Assembly (NCBI RefSeq): GCF_020742345.1 | Contig: NZ_DYXC01000098.1 | Location: 4,007 to 68,006 of the forward strand | Direction: 5' to 3' | Source of the DNA: Enteractinococcus helveticum | GTDB lineage: Bacteria; Actinomycetota; Actinomycetes; Actinomycetales; Micrococcaceae | DNA: 64,000 bases | Part shown: one piece after another, positions 46,236-56,225 of the stretch | How positions within the stretch are numbered: position 1 is the stretch's first letter | Layout of the letters: every line of letters starts with the position of its first letter | Notes under the pieces: generated by a model | Database searches by the model: none | The model's input: the letters and a program-made list of their open reading frames with translations, nothing else | Told to the model about the DNA's origin: nothing | Translations under genes and position numbers: made by a program

Positions 46236-48082
46236 TCTTCGAAAAATGCCTCTGCGATGAATTCATATTCCGGTTCCAGCGGCGCATCGATGCGAATCCG
46301 TTCGGCTTGCCGGCTTACTCGCTGGGCTTCAGTCTCATCGCCTTGACCCCGCAGTGCGGCAGCAAGCCCCAGCAGAGCCGCCTTGCGCAGTTGCGACTTG
46401 ATACCTTCGGCATCAGCGATCGTAGAAAACAAGGTGATAGCCTCAACCCATTTATGCTTTTCGACCAGGAATTTCCCGGCCAATAACTCACAGCAGTGGC
46501 CCATAGCCAGCTCGGCTTCATCCTCAAACATGTCGGCGGCAGTCAGCGCGGTGGCCACAGCTTTATTCGTTTTGCCAAACATCGCATAGGCCCGGGCCTT
46601 TAACCGGGTCAGATCTGCGGCCACATACCGCACCTCGTCGTTACTGGCCAGCGTGATCGCCTGATCATAGAGTTGTAGACCCTCGGGCTTGGTCTGTTCG
46701 CACAATAATTTGGCAAGTTCGCGCAACCCTTGGGTTTCGACAACCGGATCCTCGGAGGCCTTGCCCATCTCAACGGCCTGACGCAGCAGCTCCTCGGCCT
46801 GGGGGTAGACCTCGTTATCCCCGGTTTCGGCCAGCTTCATTCCGGCGGCCAGACTGGTCCGGGCGGCCTCGTGAACACGATCGACCTTGAGAAACGCATC
46901 AATGGAATCCCGCCAGTGTTTCACCGCTTCCTGATACCGCTGCTGACGGGACACCGAATTGCCCAAATCAATCAGGGCATGCGCTAGAACATGGTGGTTG
47001 CCGTTGAGCCGTTCACGAGTCACCAATCCGGACAACACCTCTTCGGCCTCTGTGACCTCGCCGGCCTCCAGCAGTTGATGTCCCAGGGCAGCCACCAGGC
47101 CGGAGGCTTCTTCGACCTCACCTTGTTCTGCTTGATCCACTGCAACCCGCCATGCCAGCACAGACAGCTGATGCTTCTCGGCGCGGCGGGCAACCGATGC
47201 CACCAGTGACGCCGCCGAAGCAGCACCAGGGCGAATTTGCAGGCGCGCATAGAGTTCCAGGGCGCGCATGCCAAAAGTGGCGGCTTGTTTCATATCATTG
47301 CGGTGATGAGCGATAACCGCCTGCATCATCCACATCGCGGCACGCACAGCCCGGTTGCAACCGGAATCTAAAATTGTCTGTGACAGTTCATCGGCGTCAT
47401 CCACTTCTTCATTCATCAATTTCAGGTGGGCCAAAAACATTTCAGTATTCGCCAACGAACCAGCCGAGAGACGGTAACCGGCTTCAGCACGACGACGTTG
47501 CAATGCCACGGCTTCTTCGATCGAGACCAGCGCCTCATGGGCTCGCATCTGGCTCATCTGATGCACAGCGAGCCCAATGAGAACATCGGTCAGTACCGTA
47601 TCGATGGAGTCTAAAGAACGCTCTTGCTCGGCAACGCCTTGTAACACAGTGGCCGCGAAACCATCAGCTTCGGCAAATAAAATCGAACCGAGCTGATCTT
47701 CCATCTCGGCCTGATGGGTCTGACCGAGCGAACGCAACAACTTGGTGCGCTGTTGGATGGCCTGATGCATGCCGGTTTCGTCTTCAAGTTTATGATGCAC
47801 AGACGACAGCAGCCGATATAGACCGAGTTTGATATCAGGATTAGTTCCGGCACTGGCTAGACCGTGCGTGGCGCAAGCCAAGGCGCGGTCTAAGTCATCG
47901 GCGTATGCGGCTTCGTGTGCCAAATCTAACCAGCCACGAGCAGTGTGTGCGGATTCTTGGTTTAAATCCGCTACCGTCGATCGATTGCCCAGTAGTGCTC
48001 GAAGTTTCGGTTCGACAACTGAGGGGAGATGAGATTGGCTGTCTGGTCCATCAAATTCAGCCGACGACGACGAGAATTCCAT
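46232..48082 (-). CDS. Tetratricopeptide-repeat-like helical protein
   Basis: 616-aa ORF of repeated helical units such as ALIDLGNSVSRQQRYQEAVKHWRDSIDAF. Confidence 0.75.
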   Translation of the reverse strand: MEFSSSSAEFDGPDSQSHLPSVVEPKLRALLGNRSTVADLNQESAHTARGWLDLAHEAAYADDLDRALACATHGLASAGTNPDIKLGLYRLLSSVHHKLEDETGMHQAIQQRTKLLRSLGQTHQAEMEDQLGSILFAEADGFAATVLQGVAEQERSLDSIDTVLTDVLIGLAVHQMSQMRAHEALVSIEEAVALQRRRAEAGYRLSAGSLANTEMFLAHLKLMNEEVDDADELSQTILDSGCNRAVRAAMWMMQAVIAHHRNDMKQAATFGMRALELYARLQIRPGAASAASLVASVARRAEKHQLSVLAWRVAVDQAEQGEVEEASGLVAALGHQLLEAGEVTEAEEVLSGLVTRERLNGNHHVLAHALIDLGNSVSRQQRYQEAVKHWRDSIDAFLKVDRVHEAARTSLAAGMKLAETGDNEVYPQAEELLRQAVEMGKASEDPVVETQGLRELAKLLCEQTKPEGLQLYDQAITLASNDEVRYVAADLTRLKARAYAMFGKTNKAVATALTAADMFEDEAELAMGHCCELLAGKFLVEKHKWVEAITLFSTIADAEGIKSQLRKAALLGLAAALRGQGDETEAQRVSRQAERIRIDAPLEPEYEFIAEAFFED

Positions 48083-48137
48083 GACTCATAGTCTAGTGAT
48101 CACTTTGAGGAGGTTGCGACCACTAGACTGAGAAAAT

Positions 48138-48602
48138 ATGGATTTTCAGTGGCGACCCGCGTCTTATGCGCTAATTACGAAACAGGATGACGTTTTGCTG
48201 AGCTTATGGGAAAGCTCAGTTGGTTCTTTCTGGACTTTGCCCGGCGGCGGTATCGAATTTAACGAACAACCCGAGACCGCATGCGTTCGTGAAGTATGGG
48301 AGGAAACCGGCTACAACGTTGCTCTCACAAGGTTTTTGTCAGTATCTACACACGTTATTCCCAGGGAGAAACGGGTACCTGGACAACATCTTCCGCTGCA
48401 AATTTTACGGCTGTTATACAGTGCTCAGATCGTGTCTGGAACACTGCGTCCAGAGGTCGGCGGGTCCTCTACAGACGCCGCCTGGATCCCAATCAGCCAG
48501 CTGCATAATCGACAAGAAACCAAGGGACATCGGGTCTCGGAATGGGTTGAAGAAGCCTTGAAGATTTCGGAGCAACTTCGTCGCACACCACAGGAGTCAT
48601 AA
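48138..48602 (+). CDS. NUDIX hydrolase
   Basis: Nudix box GGIEFNEQPETACVREVWEETGY. Confidence 0.93.
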   Translation: MDFQWRPASYALITKQDDVLLSLWESSVGSFWTLPGGGIEFNEQPETACVREVWEETGYNVALTRFLSVSTHVIPREKRVPGQHLPLQILRLLYSAQIVSGTLRPEVGGSSTDAAWIPISQLHNRQETKGHRVSEWVEEALKISEQLRRTPQES

Positions 48603-48606
48603 CCAC

Positions 48607-49548
48607 GTGAGGAAACCACATAGCTTGCGCTTGGCAGGTCTGGCAGCGGCCACGTTAGTAGTCATTGGGTGTTCCGGACAGGCTGCTGTTGAGACGAATC
48701 AGTTGACGATCATAACCACATCAATGGCCCTGGATGAAGCCACCTCGTTAGCGGTGGCCGAATACTTACAAACACACGGTGTCGAGGTAGACGTCCAACA
48801 GCACAATGCCCCAGCGCAGGTGTTTGACGCCCTCGAGGCAGAAACCCCAGAAGATCAAACTGTTGTGGGGATCGTCTCGGCGCCTCAAGATCAGCAGGTG
48901 GAAGAACGCTCCGTTGAAGTACCCGATAACGTCGAGCTCATCGCTCAAGCACCGGCAGAACTCGGCTTCGTGGCCAGTACCTCATCGATTACGGCGGCAA
49001 ATTTTGCACGCACCGTGGTGAATGCTGAAGATCCCGAAAAGCCGATGGCCGATGCCTGTGCACAACAGACCTGGTTTCACCCGCAACTGCCCGAAGAATC
49101 TCTGCGGGTCATCAGCGATGCACTCGCCGAAGAAGGCTGTGAACCCAGGTTTGAAACCGTGGAAACTCTTGACACCGAAACTTATGGTGCACTGATCGAA
49201 CAGTTGATAGTGAAGCCGGACACGGTGGTCATGCTACGCGGTCTGGACCCGGCCATCAGTGATCAAGGGTTGGAGACCTTGGACGTTGAGACACAACAGT
49301 GGCCCAATAGCAATATTGTGGCCGTGTCTGGCACCGAAGTCGACGACGCCCTAGTAGACCAGATCACTGACGTGCTCGACGTGCTCGACAGTGAAGCCGC
49401 AACCACCTTATTGCGCGGTTACTACAATGCTCAGACGTCTGTTTCGGATCTGCAATTTGAGGTCGATGATGCGATTCGGTATTGGCTTGCCCAGTCGGAG
49501 CTGAGCGATCCGGACACGGTGATCAATATCACCGGTGACAATGAATAA
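48607..49548 (+). CDS. Lipoprotein, divergent substrate-binding-protein-like (possibly OpuAC type)
   Basis: Lipobox VIGC; acidic; weak resemblance to osmoprotectant SBP N- and C-termini. Confidence 0.5.
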   Translation: MRKPHSLRLAGLAAATLVVIGCSGQAAVETNQLTIITTSMALDEATSLAVAEYLQTHGVEVDVQQHNAPAQVFDALEAETPEDQTVVGIVSAPQDQQVEERSVEVPDNVELIAQAPAELGFVASTSSITAANFARTVVNAEDPEKPMADACAQQTWFHPQLPEESLRVISDALAEEGCEPRFETVETLDTETYGALIEQLIVKPDTVVMLRGLDPAISDQGLETLDVETQQWPNSNIVAVSGTEVDDALVDQITDVLDVLDSEAATTLLRGYYNAQTSVSDLQFEVDDAIRYWLAQSELSDPDTVINITGDNE

Positions 49549-49592
49549 TTGTCATCTACAATCGACCTAAGTTCCAAGCTCAGGAGGACCCG

Positions 49593-50834
49593 GTGCCCCG
49601 CACATACCGTGACATTCGTCAATCATCCAAATTACTCAACGTGCGTTATGACGTGCGTGGTCCCATCCTGGAAGAGGCGCAACGTTTGGAAGCCGCCGGT
49701 CAACGCATCATGCGACTCAACATTGGCAACCCGGCCCCATTTGGTTTCGAAGCGCCCAACGAGATCCTCAAAGATATGATCGCCAACCTGCCAGATGCGC
49801 AGGGATATTCTGATTCCAAGGGCATCACCTCTGCTCGCCGTGCGGTGTCGCAATACTATGAAACCGAAGGCGTCATGGATATCCGCAGCGATGACGTGTA
49901 TATCGGCAATGGCGTTTCCGAAATGATTACCATGGTGCTACAAGCACTTCTGGATGACGGCGACGAAGTGCTCATTCCAGCTCCTGACTACCCGTTGTGG
50001 ACTGGAGCAACCACGTTGTCGGGTGGTCAGGCCCTGCACTACCGGACCGTGGAAGAAGAAGGCTGGGTACCGGATTTAGAGCACATTGAATCCCGGGTCT
50101 CGGAACGCACTAAAGCCATTGTGATTATCAACCCGAATAACCCAACCGGGGCAGTTTATGATCGCGAAACCCTCGAAGGCATTTTTGAAATCGCTCGCCG
50201 TTATGGGCTCGTGGTCCTGTCAGATGAGATCTACGAAAAGATCCTGTATGAAGATGCCAAGCACATTCACGCAGCCTCTATTGCCGACGACGTTTTAGTC
50301 CTGACATTCTCCGGGCTGTCGAAGGCCTATCGGGTAGCTGGTTATCGCGCCGGCTGGGTCGCTGTGTCCGGGGCAAAACACCGTGCCACCGATTTTTTGG
50401 AGGGTCTGACCCTGCTGGCCAATATGCGCATGTGTGCCAATGTGCCAGCCCAGCACGTGATCCAAACTGCTTTGGGCGGATACCAATCGATCAATGATCT
50501 GATTCTGCCGGGCGGTCGGCTCTTAGAGCAGCGCAACGTGGCAATGAAACTGCTGCGCGAGATTCCGGGTGTCACAGTCCAAGAACCGCACGGGGCACTC
50601 TATCTTTTTCCAAAACTGGACCAAGAGCTGTACCCGATCGAAGATGACGAAAGTTTCGTGATTGAGTTGCTGCGCCAGCAACAAATCTTGGTGTCACATG
50701 GTGGGGCGTTTAACTACGCGGACACCGATCACTTCCGACTGGTTACTTTGCCTTCGGTGCGTCAACTGACCGATGGTATTGGCCGGATCGCGGAGTTCTT
50801 AGAGGATTACCGTTACCGGCACGCTGCACTGTAG
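49593..50834 (+). CDS. alaA: PLP-dependent class I aminotransferase (AlaA-type)
   Basis: QSSKLLNVRYDVRGP, LNIGNPAPFGF, PAPDYPLWT, INPNNPTG, SDEIY, GLSKAYR. Confidence 0.9.
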   Translation: MPRTYRDIRQSSKLLNVRYDVRGPILEEAQRLEAAGQRIMRLNIGNPAPFGFEAPNEILKDMIANLPDAQGYSDSKGITSARRAVSQYYETEGVMDIRSDDVYIGNGVSEMITMVLQALLDDGDEVLIPAPDYPLWTGATTLSGGQALHYRTVEEEGWVPDLEHIESRVSERTKAIVIINPNNPTGAVYDRETLEGIFEIARRYGLVVLSDEIYEKILYEDAKHIHAASIADDVLVLTFSGLSKAYRVAGYRAGWVAVSGAKHRATDFLEGLTLLANMRMCANVPAQHVIQTALGGYQSINDLILPGGRLLEQRNVAMKLLREIPGVTVQEPHGALYLFPKLDQELYPIEDDESFVIELLRQQQILVSHGGAFNYADTDHFRLVTLPSVRQLTDGIGRIAEFLEDYRYRHAAL

Positions 50835-50930
50835 CTCTTTGGCGCGGCCGGTAGCTGTCAGGCTAGCAGGTCAGACCGGCAGCGCCACCGTGTCGGTCAT
50901 TCCTGTTCACAGCAATACATGCGATGCGAA

Positions 50931-51218
50931 CTAGCCGGCGTTATTCGTGTCTGGATCTTGCTGATCGGGGTGGGTTTGGGTTCGGACTTCTTCAAGCCGT
51001 GATCGGGCACCTTCCAACCACGCCTCACAACGGCGGGCCAGTGCCTCGCCACGCTCCCACAAAGCCAACGATTCTTCTAGCCCGGCACCTCCGGCTTCAA
51101 GCCGTTCCACGGTTTGAATCAGCTCGGTGCGGGCTTGTTCGTAGCTCATCGTATCGACATCGGAAACATCCGCGGATGAGAAGCCTTCAACGGCAGGTTG
51201 TGGTTGTTGTTCGGTCAT
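50931..51218 (-). CDS. xseB: Exodeoxyribonuclease VII small subunit
   Basis: SYEQARTEL..VERLEAG..LEESLALWERGE. Confidence 0.95.
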   Translation of the reverse strand: MTEQQPQPAVEGFSSADVSDVDTMSYEQARTELIQTVERLEAGGAGLEESLALWERGEALARRCEAWLEGARSRLEEVRTQTHPDQQDPDTNNAG

Positions 51219-51222
51219 GGAG

Positions 51223-52491
51223 TTACTCCTTAGATGTTTCAGTTACTGAAGTCGTGGTGGCAGTCAGCCGGCCGGCTGCAACCAAAATATCAAGTTCATC
51301 GCCAACTGTGACTCTCGACGCGTCACGCAGAATCGAGTTGTCGTGCTGGACCACCGCGTAGCCGCGATTCAGGGTCTGTTGGGGCGACAATGAACGGACC
51401 CGGGCTTTGAGCTGTTCGATGTGGTCGGTGGCCCGGTGCAGCTGGTACCCAAAGCTTGCCCGGGAACGGGTGCTCAGCTGGCTGATTTCTTCGGCCCGCA
51501 ATTGGATCATAGTCTCGGGCTGCGCCATAACCGGTCGAGACCGCAGTTGGGCGATCTGTTGGTCTTGGACATCCACGAGTCGCTGCACTGCTTGAGCCAT
51601 GCGGGCGCGCACATCGGTGATTGCTGCTAATTCAATGGCAGCATCGGGCACAATGTTTTTTGCCGCGTCAGTCGGTGTGGACGCCCGGAAATCTGCGACG
51701 TCATCTAGCACAGGCCGGTCGGCTTCGTGACCAATTGCTGAGACCACGGCAGTGGTCAGCTCAGATACCGTACGCACCAGGGCTTCATCAGAGAACGGCA
51801 GGATGACTTCTTCTAATGCCCCGCCACCGCGGGCGACCACAATGACATCGACATGAGGATTTTGGTCTAAGACATGTAGCGCTGCACTGACTTCATCGGA
51901 AACTCGGGGCCCTTGCATTGCCGCATGGATGACTTCGAAGCGGGCCTCCGGCCAGCGTAGCCAGACGTTGCGTTGCACATCGTGCATGGCATCTGAATCA
52001 CGTCCGGTAATCAAACCAATGGTATTTGGTAGCACCGGAAGTGGTTTTTTGCGGTCTGGCGCAAAGAGCCCTTCATCGGCCAGTGCTCGGCGTAGTCGTT
52101 CAACGCGCGCTAAGAGTTCTCCGATGCCAACGGGTCGCATGTCATTGACGATCATGGTCAATCGACCGGTCTTGGTATAAAAGTTTGGCTTGACTAATGC
52201 CACCACCCGGGCACCTTCTTTGATCGATGGATCTAGACTATTGGCGGTGCGAGCCCATGCGACGACGGGCAGTGACATTTCAACGTCGAGATCACGCATT
52301 GTCATCCACGCGTGGCCGCGACTGACCCGGTGTTCGATGAGTTGGCCTTCAACCCAGGTGGGGGAGACCCGTTCAATGTAATTTTTCAGATTTTCCGATA
52401 GTCGCGCCAGTGGCCATGGATTATCTGGGGTGGTGTCGGCAGCAAGCTGGGGTTGAGCTGGCCCGTTGGGGGCTGGAATGTGTTCAGACAT
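51223..52491 (-). CDS. xseA: Exodeoxyribonuclease VII large subunit
   Basis: WVEGQ, EGLF..RKKPLP, ARGGG, VSAIGHEAD, ASTPTDAA, TLNRGYA. Confidence 0.96.
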   Translation of the reverse strand: MSEHIPAPNGPAQPQLAADTTPDNPWPLARLSENLKNYIERVSPTWVEGQLIEHRVSRGHAWMTMRDLDVEMSLPVVAWARTANSLDPSIKEGARVVALVKPNFYTKTGRLTMIVNDMRPVGIGELLARVERLRRALADEGLFAPDRKKPLPVLPNTIGLITGRDSDAMHDVQRNVWLRWPEARFEVIHAAMQGPRVSDEVSAALHVLDQNPHVDVIVVARGGGALEEVILPFSDEALVRTVSELTTAVVSAIGHEADRPVLDDVADFRASTPTDAAKNIVPDAAIELAAITDVRARMAQAVQRLVDVQDQQIAQLRSRPVMAQPETMIQLRAEEISQLSTRSRASFGYQLHRATDHIEQLKARVRSLSPQQTLNRGYAVVQHDNSILRDASRVTVGDELDILVAAGRLTATTTSVTETSKE

Positions 52492-52568
52492 ATCTACCAC
52501 TTACACTAGATTTGGAACATCACGATGATGTCATAACCACGACATTGTGAAGAGAGCAGGCGTTAGGA

Positions 52569-53495
52569 ATGCGTAACTTCTTGGCGGTTATATTAGCCAT
52601 CATTGCCGGTATTACCGCTTCCTTTGGGCTGGTTTCGTGGAAATTGAGCGAACTGATTCATCAGCCCGAACCTATCCAAGCTATCCTAGGTTCTGGCCCG
52701 GGGGCTGAAGAATTTAAGGCTGCCGTACCCGGGGCGGTTGGGAATCTGGCCACCGATACCACCGGGATCGCCGTCGTGGATGACGCTTTGAAGCAGGCCA
52801 TTTCGGAAGTTTCTGCTCGTATTGTGTCACATGAAGAGTTTGATGCAGCCTGGTCTGAGTCGTTGGAACAAACTCGTCTGGGATGGCTTGATGACATTAC
52901 CGGGCTGCGTGAACGTTTGGAGGCCGGAGAGTCGTTTCCGGAAAACTCCACTGAAGCACAATTGGTTCTGCAATTGGGGCCGGTCACTGACCTCACCTTA
53001 TCGATGATTGAAGATGCTGTGGCCGAAGCTACCGCTGACCTGCCGGGAGTTGAAGCCCCTTCATTGCAGTTGGACGGTGAATCAGAAACATCAGTTGCTA
53101 CCTCAATTCCACCGGTGAGTTTTTTGACTGCTGAACAGGTGGTCATAGTCGAAGAAGTGATGACCTTGTGGCCGGCGACTTTGGCCTTGGCAGCGATGAT
53201 CTTTGTGATGGCGTTAGTCGTTGCCTCCTGGGGTAGTCGTTGGATTGTCTGGTTGGTGACCGGTCTTGTCTCGGCGGTGTGCGGCGCAGCCGCCAAACTT
53301 GGGTACATGTGGATGCAAAATATCGTTCTGCAACGAACTGAAGACGACCCGAATCTGATTTTGGTCCGCGCGTTATTGGACACTGTTGAGAGTTGGGCGA
53401 ATCCGCAGCTACTGGTCATGGTTGCCGTTGCCATTGGGATGGCACTGTTGGGTATTCTGGGCGGTTTTATTTCAGCGAATCGTCGTCGATCCTAG
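52569..53495 (+). CDS. Hypothetical membrane protein
   Basis: 308-aa ORF with N-terminal TM and three C-terminal TM segments. Confidence 0.7.
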   Translation: MRNFLAVILAIIAGITASFGLVSWKLSELIHQPEPIQAILGSGPGAEEFKAAVPGAVGNLATDTTGIAVVDDALKQAISEVSARIVSHEEFDAAWSESLEQTRLGWLDDITGLRERLEAGESFPENSTEAQLVLQLGPVTDLTLSMIEDAVAEATADLPGVEAPSLQLDGESETSVATSIPPVSFLTAEQVVIVEEVMTLWPATLALAAMIFVMALVVASWGSRWIVWLVTGLVSAVCGAAAKLGYMWMQNIVLQRTEDDPNLILVRALLDTVESWANPQLLVMVAVAIGMALLGILGGFISANRRRS

Positions 53496-53962
53496 CGCTC
53501 GTCCCGATAGCGGACGGCTATGTGGCCAGCTGGTGAATTCACGTGGGTATCGGGACTACCTGGCACAACATCAGTGTTGTGGGCCGAGACGGCTCGCCAA
53601 TAGTCTCCGTGATCATCGTGCAAGCGTGTGACGACAAAGCTCATGACCGTGCGTCGGTCTTGGGTTTCCTGGCCGTCTGGTGTGTTTTGTCCGCTGATGG
53701 TGACCCGCGCGTGGACGACGGCATGATCTGTACCCAGCATGCGGGTTTCGGTTCGGCCAACGTTCATGGTGGACTGGCCGAAAATATTGGCAAAACCGAA
53801 TGCGTGGGCTGTTCGGATGCGTTCTTGAGTAGTCCACCACAGACCGGTGACGTTGACGAAGTCGGCGTCGTCGACAAAGAGTTTTGCTAACGCATTGGCA
53901 TCGTGGGCGTTCCAGGCCTGTTGAAAGCCGGTAATAATAGATTTTGGTGATTGCCGATCCAT
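53492..53962 (-). CDS. NTF2-like SgcJ/EcaC-family protein
   Basis: AWNAHDANALAKLFVDDADFVNVTG...W..VSAHNT; GGAG RBS before ATG 53962. Confidence 0.85.
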   Translation of the reverse strand: MDRQSPKSIITGFQQAWNAHDANALAKLFVDDADFVNVTGLWWTTQERIRTAHAFGFANIFGQSTMNVGRTETRMLGTDHAVVHARVTISGQNTPDGQETQDRRTVMSFVVTRLHDDHGDYWRAVSAHNTDVVPGSPDTHVNSPAGHIAVRYRDER

Positions 53963-53966
53963 GGTC

Positions 53967-55184
53967 TTACTCCGCTTTGGTCTTGCCACCGGTTGCATCA
54001 ATATTGGCCTGCAGCTCCGGTGCGGTGACATCCCGGGCAGTCTGCTGCACGGGTTCTGCCACAGCGATTGCATCGAGAGAAGCATCGAGTTCTTCGAGAC
54101 GACGTGCAGACGGCAGCACACGACCCTCAAGTGTCGCCATCATCGAATTGAACCGGGTGACCGTAGTGTTAATGGACTTACCCAGTGAATCCAGACGACG
54201 TCCTAATAGCCCAAGACGCTCATAGAGTTCACGGGCGGACGCAAATACGGTTCGGGCATTATCCACGAGGGTCTCCTGTTGCCAGGCATAGGCAACCGAT
54301 TTCAATGTTGCCAATAATGACACCGGTGACACCAGGGCCACCCCCTGGCTAAAGGCATAGTCCAAGAGTTCTGCGTCGGCTTCTAGAGCTGCCGACAGGT
54401 GGGATTCTGCCGGCAGGAACAGCAATACGAGATCCGGGGTGTTATCTAAGGCATGCCAATATTTCTTGGTTCCGAGATCTTTGACATGTGCTCGAAGTGC
54501 TCGAGTGTGGGCTGCTTCAAGTTCGGCACGACGTCGTTGGTCTTCTTCAGAGCCGTCGGCCGGAATTTCGGCGGCTTGCAGAATAGCCGACATGGGCGCC
54601 TTCGCATCCACGATCAGGGATTTGCCACCCGGTAAGTGCACCAGCATATCCGGACGGAACTGTTCCCCATCACGCTCAGCGGTGTTGACCAACAGGCTGA
54701 CTTGCTCTTCAAAATCCGTATGCTGGAGCATGCCCGCGGCTTCCACGATGCGTCGCAACTGGACTTCACCCCAGTGCCCGCGAGCCGATGACGAGCGCAG
54801 ACTGGCCACCAGCTTCTGCGTATTTTCCAACAAGGCAGCATCGGTAAGGTGGGCGGTGCGCAATTGCTGAGAGAGCTGGCCGTATTGTTGGCCGCGGTCG
54901 CGTTCCAGCTGCGCCACCTGGGTGCCTAGGTGATCCAATTGTTGTGCCAGTGGACCCAACATCTGCACGATCTGATGCTGCGATTGGAATTGCTCACGAT
55001 CTTCGGTGCGTTGGCGCTCCAGCAGATCGGCGCGTGTCTGAGCAGTGGCCAACTGCTCTCGAAGTGCGGCCTCAGTAGTACCATCTGATGGTCCACCCCC
55101 GGTACGCTTGGCAACCACGTAGCCGATGATGAAAAACAGTACGGCAATCAAAATACACAGCACGATCGCAGTCGAAATCTCCAT
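53967..55184 (-). CDS. rmuC: DNA recombination protein RmuC
   Basis: RGHWGEVQLRRIVE, RPDMLVHLPG, VDAKAP, LFLPAES. Confidence 0.93.
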   Translation of the reverse strand: MEISTAIVLCILIAVLFFIIGYVVAKRTGGGPSDGTTEAALREQLATAQTRADLLERQRTEDREQFQSQHQIVQMLGPLAQQLDHLGTQVAQLERDRGQQYGQLSQQLRTAHLTDAALLENTQKLVASLRSSSARGHWGEVQLRRIVEAAGMLQHTDFEEQVSLLVNTAERDGEQFRPDMLVHLPGGKSLIVDAKAPMSAILQAAEIPADGSEEDQRRRAELEAAHTRALRAHVKDLGTKKYWHALDNTPDLVLLFLPAESHLSAALEADAELLDYAFSQGVALVSPVSLLATLKSVAYAWQQETLVDNARTVFASARELYERLGLLGRRLDSLGKSINTTVTRFNSMMATLEGRVLPSARRLEELDASLDAIAVAEPVQQTARDVTAPELQANIDATGGKTKAE

Positions 55185-55191
55185 ACCTCTA

Positions 55192-55213
55192 AGACTTACA
55201 CATCGGAAGGACA
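55192..55213 (-). promoter_or_regulatory. Candidate RecA-NDp/PafBC-type promoter of rmuC
   Basis: TGTC-N12-AAGTCT-N7-ATG. Confidence 0.45.
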
Positions 55214-55330
55214 AGATAAGCCGGGCGCGCTGGCACCGTCTCGGGTGTGCCGTCGATAACCGGTACTTGCAGTACTGGCAAATACTGGCACAATGTAACC
55301 TAGGCAACACCTCGATGAATGGAGTATTTT

Positions 55331-56155
55331 GTGGCAGAATCCAGCTTGCACAACAAGGCCGTGTTGATCTCCGGCGGTAGCCGCGGCATTGGCCTGGCCA
55401 TTGCCAAACGTCTCGCACAAGACGGTGCAAATATTGTCTTGCTTGCCAAAACCGCCCAGCCGCATCCGAAACTGCCCGGAACCGTGTATACGGCCGCCGA
55501 TGAGATCCGTGAAGCTGGGGGACAAGCACTGCCGGTGGTGGGGGATGTTCGCGAAGAATCTGATATCCAAGCCGCTGTGGACGGTGCAGTGGAAGAATTC
55601 GGTGGCATCGATGTCGTCATTAATAACGCATCGGCCATCAATCTGGAGCCGGCAGCCGATATTGACATGAAACGCTACGACTTGATGCACGACATCAACG
55701 CCCGCGGCACATTTCTGCTGACCCGAACTGCACTGCCACACCTGAAAGCTTCTGCAGATCCTAGAATTCTGAGCCTGTCGCCACCGCTGAATATGTCACC
55801 GAAGTGGTTGGGCGCAGCCCCGGCCTACATGATGGCCAAATACGGGATGAGCTTGGCCGCACTGGGCATCGGAGCACAAAACACCATCCCGGCGACCTGT
55901 TTGTGGCCCAAAACCACCATCCAAACCGCAGCGGTGCAGTATGCGCTGGGTGGCACCACGATGTATGAGCGTTCGCGAACCCCGGAGGTCTATTCTGATG
56001 CCGCCCATGTCGTGTTGACCGCTGAGCCAAGCCGATACGCCGGTCGCACGATGCTGTGTGAAGACGTCCTAGAAGACGCCGGGATCACCGATTTCGCCAA
56101 ATACTCGCCCGGTGTGGATCCAGCCGACCTCGAAAAGGACATTTTCGTGGACTAA
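55331..56155 (+). CDS. SDR oxidoreductase (HSDL2-like)
   Basis: SGGSRGIG, AKTAQPHPKLPGT, NNASAI, YMMAK; GGAG RBS before GTG 55331. Confidence 0.9.
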   Translation: MAESSLHNKAVLISGGSRGIGLAIAKRLAQDGANIVLLAKTAQPHPKLPGTVYTAADEIREAGGQALPVVGDVREESDIQAAVDGAVEEFGGIDVVINNASAINLEPAADIDMKRYDLMHDINARGTFLLTRTALPHLKASADPRILSLSPPLNMSPKWLGAAPAYMMAKYGMSLAALGIGAQNTIPATCLWPKTTIQTAAVQYALGGTTMYERSRTPEVYSDAAHVVLTAEPSRYAGRTMLCEDVLEDAGITDFAKYSPGVDPADLEKDIFVD

Positions 56156-56225
56156 CTCATCGATAGGCTATGAGCTAGCGGGTGTAGTTCATTTCGCTGT
56201 CGCATTATCGATCACGGGAGGAGTC

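Noticed and set aside
55185..55529. Long N-terminal extensions in the ORF track (rmuC; also acpS, SURF1, gcvP, ychF, trx)
   Set aside because: They overlap neighbouring genes or RNA elements; downstream starts have an RBS or -10 and match family N-termini.
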